Shown here piece by piece: positions 9,364 to 21,500 of a stretch of 51,937 nucleotides of DNA. Within the stretch, counting starts at the first letter, position 1, and each line of letters begins with the position of its first letter. Location: positions 584,425 to 636,361 of the forward strand of contig JAHDYR010000066.1 in assembly GCA_019828565.1 (NCBI GenBank). Direction: 5' to 3'. The notes below the pieces were generated by a model. That model was not told the DNA's origin. It saw nothing but the letters and a program-made list of their open reading frames with translations, and ran no database searches. The translations under genes were made by a program, and so were the position numbers. This DNA comes from Carpediemonas membranifera BICM (lineage: Eukaryota; Protista; Fornicata).

Positions 9364-12300
9364 ATGGTATCCAGAGGAAAGTTGCTCGATTCGCCGCCGC
9401 AAGGCGACGAATCCTGCCATACATCCGATGAAGGACCTGGTACGTCTATTGACAAGCGATTAGCGCTGTTCGCTGCTCTTCTGCGGTGGATTAACGATTT
9501 CCATCCCTCCAGCTCGAAGAACTCTTGGCCGAAGGATACTGAGGCCTTTATTGAGATCTGCATGAACAAAGAACGTCTATTGAGCCTTATTTCGGATTAC
9601 AAGCGTTTCTTCACGGTGAGCAACTTGGTTTGGATAACCAACTACGTTCACGCGGCGACAAATCGCTTCGGCCCCGGCCACAAGGTGAAAGCTTCCCGCC
9701 GCGACGATCACGTCGCAAATGCTGTCGCCATTCTGCACGCTGCAGCCACTGATCAGGCGTTCACATCAACGCTCACCATCGAACGTGCGAACGAGGCTCT
9801 TGAGCGTATGATCGAGCACGCCATCGACCCAGTGAAAGCGAGAAGGATGAACCTCCTTCAGACTGTCCGAGGCCCTCAGAGGACGACGTCTGTAACCGCC
9901 TTGGTGAAGCGGGTCCAGCATGCGCCCCGCCCAGCCAGCCCACCGAATGCGGGCATCGCCCGCGAGTATGCGAGGGCCGATGCCTTCGCCCGACGCCAGG
10001 GAGACCGGCCCCCGAGCCCCACCCCTGCCGATACTGCCCTCACCGACTCCGCTGTCGCCCTAACTGGGCCGCAGCCCGCAGCCGCCCCGCAGGGTGACAG
10101 GCCCCCGAGCCCCACCCCCGCCGATGCTGCCCTCACCGACTCCGCTGTCGCCCTAACTGGGCCGCAGCCCGCAGCCGCCCCGCAGGGTGACAGGCCCCCG
10201 AGCCCCACCCCCGCCGATGCTGCCCTCACCGACTCCGCTGTCGCCCTAACTGGGCCGCAGCCTGCAGCCACACAGCAGGGTGACCGGCCCCCGAGCCCCC
10301 ACCCCCGCCGATGCTGCCCCCACCGACTCCGCTGCCGCCCTAACTGGGCCGCAGCCTGCAGCCACACAGCAGGGTGACCGGCCCCCGAGCCCCACCCCCG
10401 CCGATGCTGCCCCCCACCGACTCCGCTGCCGCCCTAACTGGGCCGCAGCCCGCAGCCGCCCCGCAGGGTGACCGGCCCCCGAGCCCCACCCCCTGCCGAT
10501 GCTGCCCCCCACCGACTCCGCTGCCGCCCTAACTGGGCCGCAGCCCGCAACCGCCCCGCAGGGTGACAGGCCCACGCGCCAGACCCCCGCCCAGGTTGCC
10601 CCCACCCAGCCAGAGGAGAGGAACATCGACGACACCGCAGTGTCCGAGTTCCTCTCCCTGGCGGGCGTCGAAGGCGGGGAAGGGGAGAGAGCTGAGCCAG
10701 AGACCGGGCACGAAGCCCGTGGTGACTCAGCCAACCCTCCCCTTCGCCCGCCGCCGCAGGCAAGCCAAGGCCCTGAACCACGTACATTTGTGTACACAGG
10801 CCCTCCTGGCGCTCTTAACCAGATCACGGAGGCGCACCCTGGGCCAGCATCATCCACGCCTACCCAGGGGTGGCTGAGCCTTGCCAAGCTGGATCGACTC
10901 CGGCATAGGTTCACCGCAAACATCCCGACCCACCTGGTCGAGTCTCATTGGGGCTCGGCCGAGCAGGTAAGGTCCACACTCACGACAGCAGTCCGGGTCG
11001 GAGAAGTGTCCGGCGGGCAGAATGGCGTCCACAGGATGTCACGTGAACGCTGGACACAGCTTCTGGAAGGCATTTTCGCTGACGAGCCGGACAGGCGGCC
11101 ACCCTACAGCTTCCCCAAAGGGTTCAGGCAGTTCACGCCGAGGTTTGTGTTCTTCATGAGAGAGGCATGCGGTCTTCCGCCGGACCCTAGTGCTGAGGCC
11201 CCGCCCCATGCCGGGCCCAGCCAGCCCCCACGGAGACCGAGAGCAGCGCTCCTGCCCCTGCCGCCGGCCGACCCTCTCGCGGGCGACCTGCCGATCGAGC
11301 TGTCATATCTGCCTCACCCCGCGGAAGCCGGACGCATCGGCCGGGCGAAGCCCTCACGGAAGGCTGCCGCGGGATTCGTGAACGGGCTGATCCGGCTGCT
11401 CGTGACCCTGGCGAACGCGCCGCAGAACCGGAAGCGGGAGGCGCTAGCCGCCGTCCTTCGGCACGCGCGGACAGTATATCGCCCTGGGAAGAAGGGGATC
11501 TCCCTCCGCACCCGCTCCCCAGAGCGAGCTGCATACTCGAAGGCCGCCGCCGGGTATTACTCCAGCGCCATGAAGGTCCTGCTCTCTGAGGAGATGACAC
11601 TCACGCCGGGTCAGATCGACCAGAAGCTGGAGGAGATGCAGGCCGCCCCGCTGAGAGATCCCCAGACGCCGGCTCTCACACGCCGCGCCGACGCGCTCAC
11701 GTCCTTTGAGGTCACCTTCGAGGGCCGTAGACGAGGCGCTGGGGAAGATGAGAGCGGACTCGGCCCCCGGCCCATCCGGGCTGAGCTTCTTGCATCTGAA
11801 ACTCGCTCATCGACTCCGGAAGGGCCAGTTGGTGCAGGCACTCCTGCCCCTTGTGCGCGACATCATTGCCGGCGAGGAGTACACGGGTATCCTCGCTCAC
11901 GCACGGCTCATCGCACTGCCGAAGGGCGAAGATCGGGTCAGACCCATCGCCATGGGCGAGGCGCTCCGGCGCCTGGCCGCGAAGGTCCTCGCCTCGGCCG
12001 CCTCGTCGCGTCTCCGTAATGACGGCGTCTGCCCTGAGCAGTACGGGCTCGGCGAGAGCTGCGGCCTGGACGTTATGACCGCGAAAATTGCGGAAGCGTA
12101 CGACGAAGGGCTCAAGGTCTGTGCTGTTGACATGACTAACGCCTACGGAACCGTGTCCCGCGCCCACCTCCGTGTGGTGCTCGAGGCGCACGCCCCAGCC
12201 GCCCTCCCCTATTTCTCCACCATGTATGGCGAGGGCAAGCTGCTGACCCCGACCGGGCACGTCATAGCCAGCCGAGAGGGCATCCACCAGGGGGACCCCC

Positions 12301-13902
12301 TGTCCCCAGCCCTCTTCACGCTGGCTATGACGCCCCTCCTCGGCAGCCTCCGGTCGCAACTTCCCAGTACGACCATCCTCGGCTACCAGGACGACGTGTA
12401 CGGGCTGCTGCCCCGGCAGGCAGACCAGCGGACGATCGATACATTCTACGCGCGTGTGGAGGCGGCGTGTGGAGCCGTCGGTATGCGGGTGAACCGACTG
12501 AAGTGCCTCGTCCTGGCGAAGACGGGGACACTGGGCCAAAAAGCGGACGGGTGCTCGGTATCCCCGTAGGCGACGACGCGGGCGTTGCCAACGCTGTGGA
12601 CGCGGCCTTCTCGCGCATGGAGGACGCGCTCGTGCGGGTGGCCGAGATGACCGAGGCAGTGGGGCCGAAAGCGGCCTCGGTGGCGGTCAATCTGATCAGG
12701 TCTTGCGTTCTTCCGATGCCTTCGGCAATCTTTCGCAACGTGAGCCCGATTGGCCACGAATGCCGCACAAAAAGCCTGGAGCGGAAGCTGAGAGCTGCCA
12801 TCGCACGCATCCTTCAGGTATCCGACGTCACAAAGATACCCGAAGAGCGTCTAGCGCTCGATTTCGCCGACTACGGGCTCCGTATCCCTCTTCCGTCGCT
12901 CATCTGGAAGTGTGCATTTTTGGGCGCAGCCCACCAGCTGCACGCCCTAGGCATCACCCGGGACATGGAGGCGGCGCTGTTCTCTCCAGAAGAGTGCCAG
13001 GAGTGGCCCAAAACCATCCAGGAACTGTTTAGCATCGAGGCTGAAAAGCCGCAGAAGACACTCACTACGATGCTTGCAAAAGCCTGGACGGCCAAGTACC
13101 GCCCCAAGACACCCGCCGACTTCGGCCTAGACCCCGAGGAGGTCTCCCCAGGGCCTCTCTGACTGCAGCTCCCTCGAGGCCCCCGCCGCCGGACTCCTCC
13201 GCAAAGAAGCCGCGCTGAGCCCCCTCGACCTCGAGCAGACCTCCTGCGACAGCGTGTTCGTCCCCGTCACCCGGGCGCACCTCAACATCGCCCCATTCCG
13301 CGAGATGCCGGTCACCTGCCCCCTCTGTGGCCAGCAGGACATCACGTGGCGCCACGCCCTCGGCTGCTCCTACCTGAAGGATGGCGCGACCAACGCACGC
13401 CACGACAGCATCAAGATGGCTGTGCACGATCTCGTGACCCAGGACGACCTCCGCGGGCGCCCCATCCCCCACTGCAAGCCCGAGTTCGATCTGCTCGACA
13501 CCCACCCTAGGTTCCGCGTCACGAGCGCCGACGCCCCCACACACAAGCGGGCTGACCTCAAGGTCTGGGGCGAGCGCGACGTGGTCGGAAACGTCGTCCA
13601 CGACGACGTCTACGTCGACTTCTACTGCGGTCTTCACCCCCGCGACGCCGAGACCGAGAAGACCCGGGAGTACGCCAACTGGGACGTCACCTTCCTGGTC
13701 GCCGCCACCACCGTCGGCGGCGCCACGGAGTCCCGCCTGACCGCGGACTGGGCGGTGCAGTTTTTGCGACGCCATTGCACGGCCGCACCTGGCGGGAACC
13801 ATGCGCGACACGGCCTTCCTGAAGGCCTGGGAGGGCAACCTCAGCATCTGGAGTGACTATGTCAGCCAGTGCAAGGCCCGCTGGGCCGAGCTCAACCTAT
13901 AA
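9364..13902 (+). CDS. Unit 3 RT-RLE polyprotein, subfamily A, six 93-bp repeats, frameshifted as assembled
   Basis: ORFs 9304-10377, 10499-12019, 11706-12569, 12467-13162 and 13254-13856; the homologous TAA is at 13900-13902. Confidence 0.88.
9997..10570 (+). repeat. 93-bp coding minisatellite, 6 copies (unit 3)
   Basis: Core occurs 6 times; encodes QGDRPPSPTPADAAxTDSAxALTGPQPAAxx. Confidence 0.92.
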
Positions 13903-14102
13903 CCAGGTCCCTGCACAGAAATCTGGAGTCGCGACTCGGCTGACTTGGCCACTCTAGGCTGCGTCGTCCCCGAGCCCCCCTGCGCCTCCCGCCCCATCGC
14001 CGCATCGCATAACGCATCCCCTGCCCCTGCGCGAGAGTAGTTGCTCGAAATTCCGCGGAGTCGCGTGTCGTTCGGACAACCCCTGGGAAAGTAAATTCGG
14101 CC

Positions 14103-17100
14103 ATGGTATCCAGAGGAAAGTTGCTCGATTCGCCGCCGCAAGGCGACGAATCCTGCCATACATCCGATGAAGGACCTGGTACGTCTATTGACAAGCGATT
14201 AGCGCTGTTCGCTGCTCTTCTGCGCGTAATGGACGAAATTCGTCAGCACTGCCCGAAAGGCTCGTGGCCGAAGAACGCTGAGGCCTTCATCGAGGTTTGT
14301 ATGAACAAAGATCGTTTATTGCGCCTTGTGACGGACAACAAACGCTTCTTCACGATCAACAACCTTTCTTTGATCACGGACTACGTTCATGCGGCCACAA
14401 ACCGCTTCGGGCCAGGCCATAAGCCGAAGGCATCCCGCCGTGATGACCACATCGCCAATGCCACTTCACTTCTCCACGCCGCAGCCACCAACCAGGTGTT
14501 CACTGCTACGATCTCGATTGATCGTGCCAACGAGGCCCTCGAGCGCGTGATACGGGGCAGAAGGACCGATGAGCAGCTCATGAGGGAGCACCCTCGTCCG
14601 CTCCGCCCGTCCGAGATCGCCGCTCGCCGCGCCAAGACCGGGCGTCAGTCATACGCCCAACTGATCAGCCGTGTCGAGGAGGCCCGCCCGGCAAGCCCTG
14701 CGCGAGACCGCACTGCCTTCCTCGAGGCAGAAGCATACGCGTGTCGCGTAGCTGCTGGCCGCGCAGACCGTCAACAGCAGGGTGATAGGCCCCCGAGCCC
14801 CACCCCTGCCGATGCTGCCCCCACCGACTCCGCTGCCGCCCTAACTGGGCCGCAGCCCGCAGCCGCCCAGCGGGATGACCGGTCTACCGACACCACCCCT
14901 GCCGATGCTGCCCCCACCGACTCCGCTGCCGCCCTAACTGGGCCGCAGCCCGCAGCCGCCCAGCGGGATGACCGGTCTACCGACCCCACCCCTGCCCAGG
15001 CTGCCCCCACCGACTCCGCTGCCGCCCTAACTGGGCCGCAGTCCCGCAGCCGCCCCGCAGGGAGACCGGCCCACGCGCCAGACCCCCGCCCAGGTTGCCC
15101 CCACCCAGCCAGAGGAGAGGAACATCGACGACACCGCAGTGTCCGAGTTCCTCTCCCTGGCGGGCGTCGAAGGCGGGGAAGGGGAGAGAGCTGAGCCAGA
15201 GACCGAGCACGAAGCCCGTGGTGACTCAGCCAACTCCCCCCTTCGCCCGCCGCCGCAGGTTGACCCCGCCCACCGGCTCACAGGGTGGCTCGACCGCACG
15301 ACCATCGACGCTGTTCGCCGCAGCTTTGACGCACATGTACCGCGGGAAGACAGAGACATGTGGTCGACCAACGACCAGGTCGTCGCGACGCTGACGTCTG
15401 TCGACGCCGTCCGCTGGCTCTCCAGGGGGCAGAACGGGCAGAACCGCATGTCCAGAGCACGCTGGACGGCTCTCCTCGAGCAGGTCTTTGCGGCTCACCC
15501 GAGGAACCGGCCTTCGTATGCGTTCCCGCAAGGCCTGAAGTCGTTCGCACCCAGGTTCGTGGCGTTCATGAGGGAAGGGTTGGGTATGCCAGTCGACCCC
15601 GCTCTCCCAGCTGTCCCGCAGCCAAGGACGGCCCAGCCAGCCAGAAGAAGGCTCACTGCTCCCCGCCCGCAGCCGGAGACCATCCTTCCAGAGCTCCCAG
15701 AGGACCTCAAGTTCCTCCCCTCCCCGACGGAGGCCGGCAGGATTGGGAAGTCGAAGCCTTCAAGGAAGGGTGCGGTCTCATTCGTGAAGGGTCTCATCAA
15801 CCTGTTGGAGGCCCTGAACGAGGTGCCTGCCCAGCAGAAACGGCGTGGCCTTATTGCCATCATGACCCATGGTCAGACGGTGTACAAGCCCGCCAAGAAG
15901 CAGGTGACACTGCGGACCCGGACCAAGGAGCGCTCGGCCTTCACCAAGGCCTCGGCCGGCTACTACTCCAGTGGCCTGAAGATCCTCCTGTCTGAGGACA
16001 TGGACCTCAGCCCGACCGAGGTTGACGAGAAGCTGGTGGAGCTGCAGGCCGAGCCAATGGCAGACCCACGTCTCTTCCACCCACAGCAACGGGCGGGTGC
16101 GCTGGAGTCATATGAGGTCACCCCGGAGTCTGTGACATGGGCCCTGGACAGGCTCAAAGCAGACTCGGCACCGGGACCCTCGGGCCTGAGTTTCCTTCAC
16201 TTGAAGCTGGCCTACCGCCTACGCAAACACAAGTTTGTTGCTGCTGTCACGCCTCTGATCAACGACATCATCAACGGGGAGCCCTACACTGAGATCCTGT
16301 CGCACTCGAGGCTCGTTGCCCTGCCTAAGGGAGACTCCAAGGTCCGGCCCATTGCAATGGGCGAGAGCCTGAGACGCCTCGCAGGCAAGGTCCTAGCCCA
16401 CGATGTCGGGCTGAGGATTATTGGCGATGGTGTGTGCGAGGGGCAGTTCGGACTGGGCGAGAGCTGCGGCCTGGACTGCATGGGTGACATTCTGAAGGCA
16501 GCGTACGCCGGCGGTGCGCAGCTGTGCGCCGTTGACATGTCCAATGCGTACGGAACCGTCAGTCGGCAGCATCTGTCTGAGGTCGCACAGGCGTGGGCCC
16601 CGGTCTTGCTACCGTACCTGCACACGATGTATGCCGGGGGCAAGATGATCACACCAACAGGCCTTGTCATCCCGTCCCGGGAGGGCATCCAGCAAGGGGA
16701 CCCCATATCTCCGCTGCTGTTCACCCTGGCGATGAAGCCGGTCCTGGACCAGATCAGAGGTGAGTTCCAGGAGTGCAGGATGGTCTCCTATCAGGACGAT
16801 GCTTACTTGATCGCGCCAGCGTCCATGCCGGCCTCACGAGTTGATCGCTTCTACGACCGGATGGCTGAGGTTTGTGGCCGCATCGGCATGCGCGTGAACA
16901 CGGCTAAGTGTATGGTGATCAGCGCTGCTGGCTCCCCGGGTGCCATTCAGCGGGTAGTCAACGGTAGAGCCGTTGGAATCCCTGTTGGTGACGCTCATGG
17001 TGAGGCAAGAGCTGTCGATGATGTCTTCTCGGAGATGGAGATGGCGACTGCTCGCGTCGTGGAAATGGTGGAGACTGTAGGGCCTTCTGCGGCCAGCGTT

Positions 17101-18324
17101 GCGCTGAATATGATTCGTTCATGCATTCTTGCGATGCCATCCGCAATCTACAGAGCTGTGTCGCCGATTAGGCACGAAAGCAGGACATCCCGCTTCGAGC
17201 AGATGCTTAGCCGCAGCGTAGAGCACATTCTGCAACTAAGAGATGGTCTGGAAGACAAAACTCGTAGAATGGCTCTCGATTATGGAGATTACGGGCTCCG
17301 CATGCCAATCCCATCACTCGTCTGGAAATGCGCATTTTTGGGCACGGAACACCAGCTGCACCAGCTGCTTCCGGACCGGTCTGTGCACCTAGACGAGGCC
17401 CTGTTTACCGTTGAAGGCGCCGAAGAGTGGCCTAGGACCAAGGACGAACTCTATGAGATGGAGGCCAAAAAGCCTCAGAAACAACTCACAAAGTACCATA
17501 GAGACGCCTGGACAGTCCAGCACCGCCCATCAACGCCGTCTGACTTCAACTTGGACCGCAATGCGGCCACTCAGGCCCTGAACGACTCCTCCCAGCGCGC
17601 TGCCCCGGCGGCTGGAATTCTCCGGCAAGAGGCCGCACTCACCCCAATTGAGCTAGAATCGAAGCCTGTTGGCTCAATATTTGTCCCAATTGCCAGGGCA
17701 CACCTGGATGTCGCCCCGTTCGAAGAGTGGCCCGAGACTTGCCCCCTGTGTCAGGCCCAGCGCTGCACCTGGCAGCATGCCCTCTCGTGCCCACACACCA
17801 AGGGAACCGCCCACACCGAGCGTCACAACCATGTTAGAGACGCTGTGAGCGCCGTGTTGACCGACGACGACGTTAGAGGTCGACCCATGGCCCGTTGCCA
17901 GGCCGAGGTCGCGCTCACCTCTCGTCACCCCCGCTACCAGCAGGCCGATACCGAAGCGCCCAGACGCAAGGTGGCCGACCTCATGGTGGCAGGCGAGAGA
18001 GACGTGGTCGGGAACCGTGTCCACGAGGAAGTCTATGTCGACTTCGTGGTCAGCCTGCACCCGCGGGAGGCTGAGCTAGAGAAGCTCCGCGAGTACCGCA
18101 ACTGGCAGGTCACCTTCGTGCCTGCTGCCTGCACGGTTCTGGGCGAGACTGAGTCCCGTCTGACCGAGTGCTGGGTCGCCCGCCTCTGTGCCGCGATTCG
18201 CAGGCCGGCCCTCGTGGGCGCCATCCGTGACCGGGTATTCTGGTCCATCTGGGCGGACAACCAGACCGTCTGGTCGGACTATGTCTCCCAGTGCAAGGCC
18301 CGTTGGGCCGAGCACCACCAATAA
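14103..18324 (+). CDS. Unit 4 RT-RLE polyprotein, subfamily B (about 1,406 aa once a net +1 indel in the minisatellite is corrected); most intact copy
   Basis: ORF 14103-15194 plus the 1061-aa ORF 15139-18324; YQDD at 16789-16800, CCHC at 17740-17790. Confidence 0.93.
14778..15070 (+). repeat. 93-bp coding minisatellite, 3 copies (unit 4)
   Basis: Core occurs 3 times. Confidence 0.9.
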
Positions 18325-18522
18325 TCTGCCCTCCCCACAAAATGCCGGAGTCGCGACTCGGCTGACTCGGCCACTCTAGGCTGCGTCGTCCCCGAGCCCC
18401 CCTGCGCCTCCCGCCCCATCGCCGCATCGCATAACGCATCCCCTGCCCCTGCGCGAGAGTAGTTGCTCGAAATTCCGCGGAGTCGCGTGTTGTTCGGACA
18501 ACCTGGGAAAGTAAATTCGGCC

Positions 18523-21500
18523 ATGGTATCCAGAGGAAAGTTGCTCGATTCGCCGCCGCAAGGCGACGAATCCTGCCATACATCCGATGAAGGACCTGGT
18601 ACGTCTATTGACAAGCGATTAGCGCTGTTCGCTGCTCTTCTGCGGTGGATTAACGATTTCCATCCATCCAGCTCGAAGAACTCTTGGCCGAAGGATACTG
18701 AGGCCTTTATTGAGATCTGCATGAACAAAGAACGTCTATTGAGCCTTATTTCGGATTACAAGCGTTTCTTCACGGTGAGCAACTTGGTTTGGATAACCAA
18801 CTACGTTCACGCGGCGACAAATCGCTTCGGCCCCGGCCACAAGGTGAAAGCTTCCCGCCGCGACGATCACGTCGCAAATGCTGTCGCCATTCTGCACGCT
18901 GCAGCCACTGATCAGGCGTTCACATCAACGCTCACCATCGAACGTGCGAACGAGGCTCTTGAGCGTATGATCGAGCACGCCATCGACCCAGTGAAAGCGA
19001 GAAGGATGAACCTCCTTCAGACTGTCCGAGGCCCTCAGAGGACGACGTCTGTAACCGCCTTGGTGAAGCGGGTCCAGCATGCGCCCCGCCCAGCCAGCCC
19101 ACCGAATGCGGGCATCGCCCGCGAGTATGCGAGGGCCGATGCCTTCGCCCGACGCCAGGGAGACCGGCCCCCGAGCCCCACCCCTGCCGATGCTGCCCTC
19201 ACCGACTCCGCTGTCGCCCTAACTGGGCCGCAGCCCGCAGCCGCCCCGCAGGGTGACCGGCCCCCGAGCCCCACCCCTGCCGATGCTGCCCCCACCGACT
19301 CCGCTGCCGCCCTAACTGGGCCGCAGCCTGCAGCCACACAGCAGGATGACCGGCCCCCGAGCCCCACCCCTGCCGATGCTGCCCCCACCGACTCCGCTGC
19401 CGCCCTAACTGGGCCGCAGCCCGCAGCCGCCCCGCAGGGTGACAGGCCCACGCGCCAGACCCCCGCCCAGGTTGCCCCCACCCAGCCAGAGGAGAGGAAC
19501 ATCGACGACACCGCAGTGTCCGAGTTCCTCTCCCTGGCGGGCGTCGAAGGCGGGGAAGGGGAGAGAGCTGAGCCAGAGACCGGGCACGAAGCCCGTGGTG
19601 ACTCAGCCAACCCTCCCCTTCGCCCGCCGCCGCAGGCAAAGCCAAGGCCCTGAACCACGTACATTTGTGTACACAGGCCCTCCTGGCGCTCTTAACCAGA
19701 TCACGGAGGCGCACCCTGGGCCAGCATCATCCACGCCTACCCAGGGGTGGCTGAGCCTTGCCAAGCTGGATCGACTCCGGCATAGGTTCACCGCAAACAT
19801 CCCGACCCACCTGGTCGAGTCTCATTGGGGCTCGGCCGAGCAGGTAAGGTCCACACTCACGACAGCAGTCCGGGTCGGAGAAGTGTCCGGCGGGCAGAAT
19901 GGCGTCCACAGGATGTCACGCGAACGCTGGACACAGCTTCTCGAGGGCCTCTTCGCGGACGAGCCGGACAGGCGGCCACCCTACAGCTTCCCCAAAGGGT
20001 TCAGGCAGTTCACGCCGAGGTTTGTGTTCTTCATGAGAGAGGCATGCGGTCTTCCGCCGGACCCTAGTGCTGAGGCCCCGCCCCATGCCGGGCCCAGCCA
20101 GCCCCCACGGAGACCGAGAGCAGCGCTCCTGCCCCTGCCGCCGGCCGACCCTCTCGCGGGCGACCTGCCGATCGAGCTGTCATATCTGCCTCACCCCGCG
20201 GAAGCCGGACGCATCGGCCGGGCGAAGCCCTCACGGAAGGCTGCCGCGGGATTCGTGAACGGGCTGATCCGGCTGCTCGTGACCCTGGCGAACGCGCCGC
20301 AGAACCGGAAGCGGGAGGCGCTAGCCGCCGTCCTTCGGCACGCGCGGACAGTATATCGCCCTGGGAAGAAGGGGATCTCCCTCCGCACCCGCTCCCCAGA
20401 GCGAGCTGCATACTCGAAGGCCGCCGCCGGGTATTACTCCAGCGCCATGAAGGTCCTGCTCTCTGAGGAGATGACACTCACGCCGGGTCAGATCGACCAG
20501 AAGCTGGAGGAGATGCAGGCCGCCCCGCTGAGAGATCCCCAGACGCCGGCTCTCACACGCCGCGCCGACGCGCTCACGTCCTTTGAGGTCACCTTCGAGG
20601 CCGTAGACGAGGCGCTGGGGAAGATGAGAGCGGACTCGGCCCCCGGCCCATCCGGGCTGAGCTTCTTGCATCTGAAACTCGCTCATCGACTCCGGAAGGG
20701 CCAGTTGGTGCAGGCACTCCTGCCCCTTGTGCGCGACATCATTGCCGGCGAGGAGTACACGGGTATCCTCGCTCACGCACGGCTCATCGCACTGCCGAAG
20801 GGCGAAGATCGGGTCAGACCCATCGCCATGGGCGAGGCGCTCCGGCGCCTGGCCGCGAAGGTCCTCGCCTCGGCCGTCTCGTCGCGTCTCCGTAATGACG
20901 GCGTCTGCCCTGAGCAGTACGGGCTCGGCGAGAGCTGCGGCCTGGACGTTATGACCGCGAAAATTGCGGAAGCGTACGACGAAGGGCTCAAGGTCTGTGC
21001 TGTTGACATGACTAACGCCTACGGAACCGTGTCCCGCGCCCACCTCCGTGTGGTGCTCGAGGCGCACGCCCCAGCCGCCCTCCCCTATTTCTCCACCATG
21101 TATGGCGAGGGCAAGCTGCTGACCCCGACCGGGCACGTCATAGCCAGCCGAGAGGGCATCCACCAGGGGGACCCCCTGTCCCCAGCCCTCTTCACGCTGG
21201 CTATGACGCCCCTCCTCGGCAGCCTCCGGTCGCAACTTCCCAGTACGACCATCCTCGGCTACCAGGACGACGTGTACGGGCTGCTGCCCCGGCAGGCAGA
21301 CCAGCGGACGATCGATACATTCTACGCGCGTGTGGAGGCGGCGTGTGGAGCCGTCGGTATGCGGGTGAACCGACTGAAGTGCCTCGTCCTGGCGAAGACG
21401 GGGACACTGGGCCAAAAAAAGCGGACGGGTGCTCGGTATCCCCGTAGGCGACGACGCGGGCGTTGCCAACGCTGTGGACGCGGCCTTCTCGCGCATGGAG

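Noticed and set aside
9997-10570. 93-bp repeats as a CRISPR array or a diversity-generating retroelement template/variable repeat pair
   Set aside because: There are no unique spacers or cas genes, the variation is not adenine-specific, the repeats are in-frame coding, and the RT is non-LTR type.
14103-15194. Separate ORF1/ORF2 organisation
   Set aside because: Breaks fall at different positions in different units and every segment is read through in at least one copy (e.g. 41141-42922, 5826-8774, 15139-18324), so the consensus is a single ORF.
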